Assembly: GCA_019358915.1 (NCBI GenBank)
Contig: JAHHIM010000028.1
Span: 1-58,601, forward strand
Source of the DNA: Trichormus sp. ATA11-4-KO1
Lineage (GTDB): Bacteria; Cyanobacteriota; Cyanobacteriia; Cyanobacteriales; Nostocaceae
Reading direction: 5' to 3'
DNA: 58,601 bases
Shown: positions 48,113 to 56,947 of the stretch, piece by piece
How the letters are laid out: every line of letters begins with the position of its first letter
Numbering within the stretch: the stretch's first letter is position 1
Position numbers and translations under genes: made by a program
The notes under the pieces: model-generated
Databases searched by the model: none
Seen by the model: only the letters and a program-made list of their open reading frames with translations
What the model was told of the DNA's origin: nothing

Positions 48113-50820
48113 TACTCCGCATAAGTCTGAATTTGGCTCAAATCAATGGAATCTTTAGGCGATGAGCTGACGTGCCAATCCCCTGATTTGTCATTAGCAG
48201 TATTCACTTGAGGCTGAATCGTAAAACCACTTTCCACCTTTGCCTCAACGATCCGAAAGACCTCAGTGGATTGCCCGTCACGAAGTCGCTGCGACAACAA
48301 AACTTCCTCCGCTTCAGCACTGGAAAGAAATTCAGCCAGATGCTTCGCTCGAAGCTTGAGCCGCTGGCTATGATTTTGATGCCGTTTGATCAATTCGGCA
48401 GACGCTAGCAAGATTTCTTTTTCAGATCGTCCTTGAAAAACGGAATAATATTCACTAATGCATTCCACCCACTGCCCGCATACATAGGCATAGGCAACAC
48501 CAGCATTAAAGGGGTCATATCTGACATCAACTAGTTGATTTTGAAGCTCAGGGTCACGAAACAGATTAGACCAGTAATGAAGGTATTTGATCTGAACACC
48601 CTGAGTTGAGTGAATTTTAGCTCTGCCTCTTTGTGTGGTCGGTAACGTCAGAAGTCTAAAATTGGCATCATAGGCAATCATTCTGTGAGAACGGTTCCCA
48701 AAAGTGGTGATTCCATCAGCGAATGCTTCGCGGGGGTTTTGCCCTAGTGCTGGATGATCTAGGGTGTCGTAAATTTCATAACCCCATTCACACAGGTATA
48801 AATACAACAGACCCAGTGTCCAAATCGCGAGATTTTTGGGATTGACAGATTTGGTCATCAATCTAACCGTTTTAGTAATCTGCGTATTTCCGGCAAGGTT
48901 ATAAAGTAACTGTGTGCAAGCAGTTCCAAACAATCGCTCTCCGACAGAGTTGAATCGCGCTTTAGAGGGAGGACGATACTTAAGAGTGCTATCGAACAGA
49001 GCAATCAGCGTTTGAAAATAAGTACTATAAAATTCTTTACCATTATCAACCACAATGGTTTGAGGAATCCGCCCGTGCCGTTTGACACAAATTCGTAACA
49101 GCATCATGCACGACCGATACGAAGGCGGGTCAAACGTAATATAAATTGCCAGAATTCTTCGGCTGTAGGCATCAACCAGAAAAGTTCCCCAAGGTCTTCC
49201 TAAACTCCTGCCGGTACGAGAACAGCGAAGCTCGATATCTAATTCCGTGTGGTCGATATGCCCGATTTCAAAGGGACGCTCTCCATGACGTGGGGTCGTC
49301 AGAGACAATTCCCAATAAAACTGCTGCTGTGAATAAGCGGCTCGGTGTCCTTGACGTTTTAGAGTCTGGTTATATCCTGAACGCGACTTTATTTCAATCC
49401 GAAAGGTTTTATAGCTAGGAATTTGCTCGGTCAATAAGCCTGCTTCTAAACAGGCATTAACGAACGCACCATACACTTCGAGTTTCCGCTTTTGTTTACA
49501 GATTTCGTAATCATCTGTGATGAACTGTTCAATAAGCTGTATAACCTGTTCAGGTAATTTCCGAGTACGATTCCCCTTGCAGTGGTCAGAAGGCAAAAGC
49601 CCTAAATAGCCATATCCATATCTCTGCTGCGCTTGAAGAAACCTTATCTTCCAACGCAGTAGTGTTCGTTCCGAAATAGCTACATTTGCAACAGGTTCAC
49701 CATCAAGTAAGGCACTGACAACCCTGTATCTCTGGTTCGCCCTTTCTAAATCCTCAATGCTTGCTCTTGCTAAGAATTCTCTAACGATAATGTTCCCCTG
49801 ATCTTCGGACTGTGATTTCAGTCCTGAGATTTTTCCCTGGTTAATTAATTGAATAAAGGTAGCTTGGTCAAATTCGACTGTTTGTTGATCTTCGGTCTGA
49901 AGGAGAATTTGGGTTTTACCAACCAAAGCAATCGTGAGAACGCAGCCGTTGTAATCAACAGATATGCCAGGAATAAGATCAATTATTGAAGAATTCAAGG
50001 TATCAACAACGCCTTTTGACAAAACCATTGATTTATAGGCAGCAGCAGTCTGTTGGTCTCGAAAGACAAAACACCGTTCAGGTTCAACAAGCGCTTCTGC
50101 TGTCAAATCAATATAAATTTGCTCTTTAGCAATTAAAAAGTGAGTATCGTCTACATCAACACCAGAAGCGCTGCGCTTTAGCTGCGCGAGTGTTATGCCA
50201 GGCTGAGCAGAAACTAAAGAGCAAACTATCTGTACGCTCTCCTCAGAAATCTTGACATTCCGTGCTTTGTAATAATCCTCCAGAAAAATCAGGTTGCGCT
50301 GCAAGATCCAGTTAATCTCGGCATCTGACCAAACTCGGAAGGCAAATCCAAGCGCTTGAGCATACTTCTCTGCGGGCATCATCCGCCACTGCCTATCCTC
50401 GTCATGGGAAAGACGATTTGGAGATTTTTGAGCAATCTGCTTTAACTCTGACTCGGTTTTGCACTCTACCCACTCAGCACCGTTCCTGCGAATTACAAAA
50501 AAATCTGGGGTGTAGAGAAAGCTGACCGTTTTCCCTGAAGCAGACTCATAGGTCAACTTAATCGGCGGAGGTTGGTCATAAAATTCCAACACGTCTTCGT
50601 CGTGTTCTCGTTGATAAATAAAACAAAGCTCAACTTTATGTGACTCAAATTGAATGTCCACCCCCATCTTCTTGCTGGGGTAGAGACCAGACACATTTTT
50701 CCTGCCTCCACCCACGCGTCGAGAAGGATTTGAGGTGCGTATCTGCTTAATAACTTCGTGAGCCTGCTGTGAAAGCTTTTGTTCTTCACACCAAACCTCG
50801 AATTCTGGCTGTGTGAGCAT
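48109..50820 (-). CDS. tnsAB: TnsA-TnsB fusion transposase
   Basis: N-terminal TnsA (FESHKVE, YDQP, YTPDF, VECK) fused to a DDE core (HIDHT, VDAYSR, VDNGKEF, ERLFG). Confidence 0.9.
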   Translation of the reverse strand: MLTQPEFEVWCEEQKLSQQAHEVIKQIRTSNPSRRVGGGRKNVSGLYPSKKMGVDIQFESHKVELCFIYQREHDEDVLEFYDQPPPIKLTYESASGKTVSFLYTPDFFVIRRNGAEWVECKTESELKQIAQKSPNRLSHDEDRQWRMMPAEKYAQALGFAFRVWSDAEINWILQRNLIFLEDYYKARNVKISEESVQIVCSLVSAQPGITLAQLKRSASGVDVDDTHFLIAKEQIYIDLTAEALVEPERCFVFRDQQTAAAYKSMVLSKGVVDTLNSSIIDLIPGISVDYNGCVLTIALVGKTQILLQTEDQQTVEFDQATFIQLINQGKISGLKSQSEDQGNIIVREFLARASIEDLERANQRYRVVSALLDGEPVANVAISERTLLRWKIRFLQAQQRYGYGYLGLLPSDHCKGNRTRKLPEQVIQLIEQFITDDYEICKQKRKLEVYGAFVNACLEAGLLTEQIPSYKTFRIEIKSRSGYNQTLKRQGHRAAYSQQQFYWELSLTTPRHGERPFEIGHIDHTELDIELRCSRTGRSLGRPWGTFLVDAYSRRILAIYITFDPPSYRSCMMLLRICVKRHGRIPQTIVVDNGKEFYSTYFQTLIALFDSTLKYRPPSKARFNSVGERLFGTACTQLLYNLAGNTQITKTVRLMTKSVNPKNLAIWTLGLLYLYLCEWGYEIYDTLDHPALGQNPREAFADGITTFGNRSHRMIAYDANFRLLTLPTTQRGRAKIHSTQGVQIKYLHYWSNLFRDPELQNQLVDVRYDPFNAGVAYAYVCGQWVECISEYYSVFQGRSEKEILLASAELIKRHQNHSQRLKLRAKHLAEFLSSAEAEEVLLSQRLRDGQSTEVFRIVEAKVESGFTIQPQVNTANDKSGDWHVSSSPKDSIDLSQIQTYAEY

Positions 50821-50904
50821 TGTCTTGGTTATAAGCGCTTACACGCTTACCCTCGCAACTGAGGCTAGCCTACAATATTTACATCAATATTTATAGTAGA
50901 TTTC

Positions 50905-51056
50905 AGACAACTTATGTTTCTTTTTCTGTAGTTTAGACAATTTATGCTTCCAATTGTCAAAAAATGTGTGATAAAAACACGCAGAATTAGATTCAATAGA
51001 ACTTATTTAGGACAACTTATGCTTCCATTTATGGACAAGTTATCGTCCCACTGACA
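50905..51056. repeat. Transposon end proximal to tnsAB, with four TnsB-binding sites
   Basis: Sites at 50905, 50935, 51010 and 51033, then ctgACA. Confidence 0.88.
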
Positions 51057-52072
51057 AACTCTATTATTTTTAGCCCGTCTTGCACATGAGCTAACTCATC
51101 TGAGTTACCAGTCCTTAGAGCCAATTGTTCTGCCTTCTTGTATTCACGAAGCGCTTCATTCGGTAACCACGCTTCTAAATATCTATCTGCCAGTACTCTG
51201 TATAGAGTAGGGTTTTGACTCCCTCTTGAAACTAACACCTTCAATGTCTCAATCGTTTCATTCAAAAGATTTTTAGACATATATACAGCGTCTAGATCCC
51301 AAATAGCAGCTTCCTCTAAAGGTAACCCTAATTCATTAATCTGCTTCACCTGTTGTGCAATAGCGTTTTGCTCTTCTTCACTCAGTACACTGACTACTAG
51401 CGTTTCAGAGGAACTAATAGGCTCGTCGCCCTTGTTGGCAATTACAGTAAATTTGTATGTATTATTAAATGACAATTCCTTTTGTTCTTCCGGGTATGCA
51501 AGTGTTGTAATATTTTTATCTACTGTTTTCTCCCAATAAAATTCGTATCCATCGACAATCACTGTGTAGCTAGTAGCTAATTGAACAGCAGTCCAAGATA
51601 TTTGAGGTCTGGTACTCAACATTGAACTGCCGTAAGGGCTAATTAGCGTTGGCGCTTCTTTCTCCTCACCCGGACTCTTGGGATTGTAGCAAGGGTGAGG
51701 ATTTAATCCTGTGCATAGTACCGCTCTCTCTTGCGGTACTGTACAAGTATCTGATGAATCGAACACAGTACTCTTATTCAAATACAAAAAATTACCACTC
51801 AGGAAACATAAAACCTTGACTGTAGCTCCATTGGCTGGATTGATTCTATCTCCTTCGCACAGTCGGCTTCCACGTGGCAAATAGAGATCCCCTGCACTAA
51901 AAATTCGACCTATAAAGTTGCTACACCTATCTCTCACTATTGCTACTGATTGAGTTGGGCTTCCTGAACTGCTAACACTTGATAAAAGCAGTATTGATGG
52001 TAATGTCGATACAAGCACTACAACTTGAAGCTGGGAAACTTTTTCCTTTATATGGTTTAGTAAAGACTGCAT
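51029..52072 (-). CDS. Secreted Cys-rich, FN3-like/TPR protein; last residues replaced by the transposon end
   Basis: Signal-like segment, PTLISPY..RPQISW, C-terminal TPR; the pre-insertion C-terminus reconstructs as IIEFHNHPPTSTKPAQK. Confidence 0.78.
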   Translation of the reverse strand: MQSLLNHIKEKVSQLQVVVLVSTLPSILLLSSVSSSGSPTQSVAIVRDRCSNFIGRIFSAGDLYLPRGSRLCEGDRINPANGATVKVLCFLSGNFLYLNKSTVFDSSDTCTVPQERAVLCTGLNPHPCYNPKSPGEEKEAPTLISPYGSSMLSTRPQISWTAVQLATSYTVIVDGYEFYWEKTVDKNITTLAYPEEQKELSFNNTYKFTVIANKGDEPISSSETLVVSVLSEEEQNAIAQQVKQINELGLPLEEAAIWDLDAVYMSKNLLNETIETLKVLVSRGSQNPTLYRVLADRYLEAWLPNEALREYKKAEQLALRTGNSDELAHVQDGLKIIEFVSGTITCP

Positions 52073-52167
52073 AAGAGGGTTTTATGTACTTACTTGCCTG
52101 TTATTAGCATACTTGAACTTGATGGCAAAACAAAGAGCTAAAGTCTATACTTGCCCTAATATCCACT

Positions 52168-54030
52168 CTATTTTGATATTTTTGAGTTATTGGTGAGGCG
52201 ATCCAGCAATCCCTGCCTCCACTTGAAAACATCTTGCTGAGTAGTTCTAGCAAGCATACAAATTTCCCACGAAAGCCTAGCATCCTCATTTTTACCTAAA
52301 GCTTCTTGCACCTGAGCTAGCAAACAAACGGCATCTATTCTTTGGCTGTCTAAATCACTTGCTTTTTGTAAATATTTCTCTGCGTCGTTATATTGATTTT
52401 GTATGAACTTTGCCCAACCCAAATTTTTATATAAAGCAGCTTGTAACTGTTGATCTTCAGTTAAGCGCAATCCTTTAAGCGCTAATGCAGTAGCCTGAGC
52501 ATAGTCTTCTTTAAGATTGCTCAGACGCGACAAATTATTAAGCGCAGGTATTGCTTTATTATTAATTTTCAGTGCTATTTTATATTGTTCTTCAGCTAAA
52601 TCGTTTCTTCCTTCATCATCATAGAAACTTCCTAATCTATAATATCCCTCCCAATCATTAGGACTTAATTTCAAAATCTTTTGATAATTATCAATAGCAC
52701 AACGAAAATCACCCAATTGCCAACAAACTACAGCTAAACTATGATAAACATTTATATCTTTATCGTTATACTTAAGGGCTAATTCATAATATTTTTTAGC
52801 TAGCCTAAAGTTGTTAAAATAACGAGCAGCTTGCTCTAAATAAAATTGGGAAACAGAAAGTTTAAGCTGGGAATTATATTCTATTGCTTGGTTAAAATAT
52901 TTTTGTGCATTCTCCGAATCATTCGCTGCTTCTAACTCTTGACCTTTAACTACTAAATGATTAGCAAACGCTGGCAATCCTATTTTATAAATCCCTAACC
53001 CTATCAAACTAGCAGACGCAATTACTACACTAAATATGAACTTCTTAGACCTGGTTATTTTATAAATTTTACTTTGCTGAGGAATTTTTTTAAGTCGTTG
53101 TAAAATAATTTCAGTATTTGCAGGACGATTTCCTGGCATGGGAGCCATTAGTTCATCTATAAAATCAGCTAATGGTTTATCAATCTGAGGGGCTTTATCT
53201 CTCCATATTAGGCTTGTTGTATCTCGATTTGTCGGCAATTCCATTAGGGACACGCCAGTAACTAGACGAACAAAAGTTCGACCTAAAGCATAAAAATCAG
53301 ATTGAGGAACTGCCTTACCATAAATTTGTTCTAAGGGGCTATAATAATGAGAAATTACACTGGTAATTTCATATTTTCCTACTCTTGTATCTGTTCCTCC
53401 ACTGGCACTAACTTTAGCTAGATATGTATCAGTTATTCGTCGTACAGCCCCAAAATCTATCAACGCTAACCGCCCATCTGGTTGAAGAATTATATTCCCA
53501 GGTTTAATATCTCTATGAAAAAATTCAGTATGATGGACTATATCAAGTATTTCAACTAACTGTCGTAACCAATCTAGTGCTACAGATTGTGAAATTGGTT
53601 CATGAAATTTTATCCATTCTTCTAAATTTTGTCCTTCAAATTTATCCATTACTAAGCATCGAAGCTTGAAAGGACTTTGGTTAGGAGTAAAAACAAAAAA
53701 ATCATCTTCTCCATTAGTCTTAGGAATATTCGGATGATTTATTAACTGCAAAGCTAACACTTCTCGTTCAATTCTTTGAACGAATTTAGCAGAACTCCAT
53801 TTCATGACTTTCATGACTCGCCGTTTATGTTCAGGATTATGCTGTGTCCCTATATCCTCTACTTCAAAAATTTCATTGTAAGTAAATGGATTTTCGCTCA
53901 GTTCTCTTAACGGCTTGAGTAGACGAATTCGATTATTGATAAATAATGAAGTTCCACAAGAAAGGCATATCTCGGCATCATCAGGATTTTGCCGTTGTTC
54001 ACAAAGAGGATTTATACAGTAACATGACAT
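52168..54030 (-). CDS. Ser/Thr protein kinase with N-terminal 4-Cys ribbon, TM segment and TPRs
   Basis: YCINPLC..CLSCG, VMK, HRDIKPGN, IDFG, SDFYALG. Confidence 0.92.
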   Translation of the reverse strand: MSCYCINPLCEQRQNPDDAEICLSCGTSLFINNRIRLLKPLRELSENPFTYNEIFEVEDIGTQHNPEHKRRVMKVMKWSSAKFVQRIEREVLALQLINHPNIPKTNGEDDFFVFTPNQSPFKLRCLVMDKFEGQNLEEWIKFHEPISQSVALDWLRQLVEILDIVHHTEFFHRDIKPGNIILQPDGRLALIDFGAVRRITDTYLAKVSASGGTDTRVGKYEITSVISHYYSPLEQIYGKAVPQSDFYALGRTFVRLVTGVSLMELPTNRDTTSLIWRDKAPQIDKPLADFIDELMAPMPGNRPANTEIILQRLKKIPQQSKIYKITRSKKFIFSVVIASASLIGLGIYKIGLPAFANHLVVKGQELEAANDSENAQKYFNQAIEYNSQLKLSVSQFYLEQAARYFNNFRLAKKYYELALKYNDKDINVYHSLAVVCWQLGDFRCAIDNYQKILKLSPNDWEGYYRLGSFYDDEGRNDLAEEQYKIALKINNKAIPALNNLSRLSNLKEDYAQATALALKGLRLTEDQQLQAALYKNLGWAKFIQNQYNDAEKYLQKASDLDSQRIDAVCLLAQVQEALGKNEDARLSWEICMLARTTQQDVFKWRQGLLDRLTNNSKISK

Positions 54031-54115
54031 ATTATTAATAAATTTTAATGATGCAGGCTTGTATAATGCGATATTGAATGTCAGGCTTTTAAGTAGGGTG
54101 TTTTACACCCTACAC

Positions 54116-54352
54116 CTAAATAATGGATTTGCCGTTAACAAGCTTGTCACGAAATAGGGTGTTGGGAAGACGTATTGGTCGAGGGTTGTGATCCACTGGC
54201 TGTTCGATGCTCTTTCTTCCCCCACCCCTACACCAACGGGGCTTGGTCGTTGTCTCAATGTCCATTAAACATATGTTACTTGAAGTAACCTCCATAGTAT
54301 ACAGAACTTTTCCCTTGATTATGATTAGGACGCGAAACCCTCGATAATGCAA
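54116..54352 (-). CDS. Small hypothetical peptide containing CRGGGR
   Basis: Short ORF upstream of the kinase; start uncertain (MEVT or MDIE). Confidence 0.35.
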   Translation of the reverse strand: MHYRGFRVLIIIKGKVLYTMEVTSSNICLMDIETTTKPRWCRGGGRKSIEQPVDHNPRPIRLPNTLFRDKLVNGKSII

Positions 54353-54793
54353 GATTTAGCCAAATAGATTGCTTTAATATCGCTCATTATGTTACATATT
54401 TGAGAAATAGCTTTATCAGTGAGAAAAGTGGTATTATTATACGTGACTTAGAGTAAGGTATGCAAAATCAATTTAATCTCAATACCTTAGCCAATTTACG
54501 AGGGTGAGATGATGATGCTTTAACCATTAACTCCCATTTCTCGCTCGGCTTGGCAAAAACAATCAGCCATAAAATTTCCTTTAAGGTTTCCCACAAGGGT
54601 TTTTTAACGTATTGACAGCAGGATAAGGGTTTGGGATGACAAACTACCTTTTTATCGAAACGCTTATGTATGCTTATTTTTGCCAGTTTTGCCAGTTTTG
54701 CCAAAAATTATCAAGGCTCTTATTTTGGCTAAGGTATTGAATTTCAAAAATATTTCTTGCGGAACTTACTGTACCAAAAGGAAAAGCATCTCC

Positions 54794-56281
54794 ATGAATT
54801 TGAGTAATAGACATGAGGTAGAACCTCAATCTTCTTTCACAACCGTTGTTACACGCAAGCAACCTTCAGAATTACCGTCTTTAGAGACAGTAACCTTTCA
54901 AGAAGTTTTAGACACAGTTAACAACCTAATCTTTGCTCAAAAAAATCGATACTTGTCTGATACTGAGATTATAGTCCTAAAAGGTACATGGGATAGCCAA
55001 GATTTTAACGAAATAGCACAGCAATCAGGCTATAGCATTAATTACATACAGCGTCGCATAGCTCCGCAATTGTGGAATTTACTTTCTGAAACAATTGCGG
55101 AGGGAGAACCAGTAGTCAAGAGGAAAGTAAGGGCTTTATTAACGCAAGTTGCTACAAAATATCATCCGCAGTCCAGTTCAAAATCAGAAGATTTACCCTT
55201 TGATAGCAATTTTGTTAGAGGTCAACTTCCGCTCATATCTAATTTTTACGGCAGACAACAAGAACTGTCTCAGTTAAAGACATTAATTAATAACCATCGC
55301 TGCGTATCATTAATAGGAGTCCCAGGAATCGGCAAGAGTATTTTATCTGCCAGACTTTTGGCAGAACTGAGCATTGAATCTCCACCTAGATTTGATTTGT
55401 TAATTTGGAAATCAGTTACCCATGCAGTAAGTATTCAAGAATTAGTTACCGACTTAATTAAATTAATTCAGCCATTAGAGCCATACACGAATTTACCTGA
55501 ATACAATCAAGCAATTATTACTGTCTTGATTCAGTATTTGCGTTCACATCGATGTTTACTTGTGCTAGATAGTTTTGAAACTTTATTCAAAACACTTAAC
55601 TTAGAACAACGATTAGAATACAGAATACTTGTACGTCGTTTGTTAGAGGAAGAACATCAAAGTAGTTTGTTACTAACTTGTAGAACTTTACCTAATGAAC
55701 TTACTGCCCTATTTAAAAATAAACGTTCTTTTCAGTGTTTCAAGATAGAAGGGTTAGATACAAACTCTGCAATGCAATTTTTGACGGATCAAGGATTAAC
55801 TGATCAAGAAAAATGCCTTGATATCATCAATACTTATCGTGGTAATCCTTCAGAATTGAACACAATAATGCAACGAATTCAACATTTTTTTGCTGGAAGC
55901 ACAGAAAAATTTTTTCAACATAAAACTACTTTTATTAGCGACGAATTTAAGTCAATGCTTGATGAAATGTTCGGTGAAGTGTTAGATGAAGTTGAACGTT
56001 ATATTATGATTTATCTAGCAGAGAAAACAGCTTCAAACATACAGTCTACTAGTTTTGATTATTTATTAAATGAAATAAATAACAATCGATCTATTTCGAC
56101 ATCAGTCATAATTAAAGCTTTAGAAAAGCTTGAAAGACTGTTATTAATTGAAAGTATTAAAGATGAAAACACTAAAGAAATCAGTTTTACTCTACAACCC
56201 ATAATTAGAAAATATGTTGCTAAAGATTTATTAGGATTGGTACATAAATCTGATCCCCAAAATTTTAAAATCGCATCTTAA
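54794..56281 (+). CDS. STAND / NB-ARC-like NTPase with N-terminal HTH-like domain and no C-terminal repeats
   Basis: LSDTEIIVLKGTW, FYGRQQEL, GVPGIGKS, LLVLD, LLLTCR, YRGNP. Confidence 0.85.
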   Translation: MNLSNRHEVEPQSSFTTVVTRKQPSELPSLETVTFQEVLDTVNNLIFAQKNRYLSDTEIIVLKGTWDSQDFNEIAQQSGYSINYIQRRIAPQLWNLLSETIAEGEPVVKRKVRALLTQVATKYHPQSSSKSEDLPFDSNFVRGQLPLISNFYGRQQELSQLKTLINNHRCVSLIGVPGIGKSILSARLLAELSIESPPRFDLLIWKSVTHAVSIQELVTDLIKLIQPLEPYTNLPEYNQAIITVLIQYLRSHRCLLVLDSFETLFKTLNLEQRLEYRILVRRLLEEEHQSSLLLTCRTLPNELTALFKNKRSFQCFKIEGLDTNSAMQFLTDQGLTDQEKCLDIINTYRGNPSELNTIMQRIQHFFAGSTEKFFQHKTTFISDEFKSMLDEMFGEVLDEVERYIMIYLAEKTASNIQSTSFDYLLNEINNNRSISTSVIIKALEKLERLLLIESIKDENTKEISFTLQPIIRKYVAKDLLGLVHKSDPQNFKIAS

Positions 56282-56747
56282 AAGTTTTTGCTCGTCAGTT
56301 CTAAAGCTGCTTGAGCCACAGAGTAATCACACCCTTCAGATTACTCGCTTAAGAATTGTTAACAAACATGGAGGTCAAAGTAAAAATAAAAACCATACCA
56401 GACGTGCAGAAGTTTTGTAAGATCAAGCCTAGTGAGGTGAGGAGGCAAATAAACAGCAACAAAAATTTAAAGGACAAAACGCACTAAGGAGTGTCGCTTC
56501 GTCCGTAGAGTGAAAAATCGAATAACCTCAGAGCGGGATTATCTCCAACAAACCAGAAACAGTGGCACTTAAGTTTCCCGACTTTTCCACTGAATGGTCA
56601 AAAGAGATCCGCGCTACTTCTCGTATTATACGAGAAGCCACACGAATGTACCAAATTTCTTGTGGCAGTTTGGCTATTGAAATTCCTTTCATTAAGTTTG
56701 ATTAAGAAAACTCCCGAATTTTGTAGCAAAAACAGTAGCAGCGCGAA

Positions 56748-56900
56748 ACAATTCGCAATTGACAATAGAGCCTACGGCACGCTGGCGCAAATCGCAATTA
56801 AATCACTGGGGGCTTGAAATAAAGACGTTTGTTTCACCAAGGGCGATCGCTCTTAAATTACAGTAATTGCGAATTGAGAATTGCGAACTGCGAATTGAAG
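56748..56900. repeat. (AATTGCG)n-armed repeat element
   Basis: Inverted aattcgc/aattgcg arms; ctgggggcttga core; insert agagcctacggcacgctggcgc. Confidence 0.65.
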
Positions 56901-56947
56901 ATAACCCCCTCTGAGGCTTGTAAACCAACAAATCAGAGGAATCTACT

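Larger units (their letters stand above)
45262..51056 (-). mobile_element. Complete Tn7-like transposon (TnsAB-TnsC-TnsD/TniQ), no cargo, no cas genes
   Basis: TGT...ACA termini; 5-bp TSD AACTC (45257-45261 and 51057-51061); multiple gacaacttatgcttcca sites at both ends. Confidence 0.95.

Noticed and set aside
45262..51056. CRISPR-associated transposon (CAST)
   Set aside because: Both ends and the TSD are defined, and the interior holds only three tns genes with no cas genes or array
54680..54793. N-terminal extension of the STAND protein from a TTG start
   Set aside because: It begins in a short ttttgccag tandem repeat; the ATG at 54794 is the more plausible start
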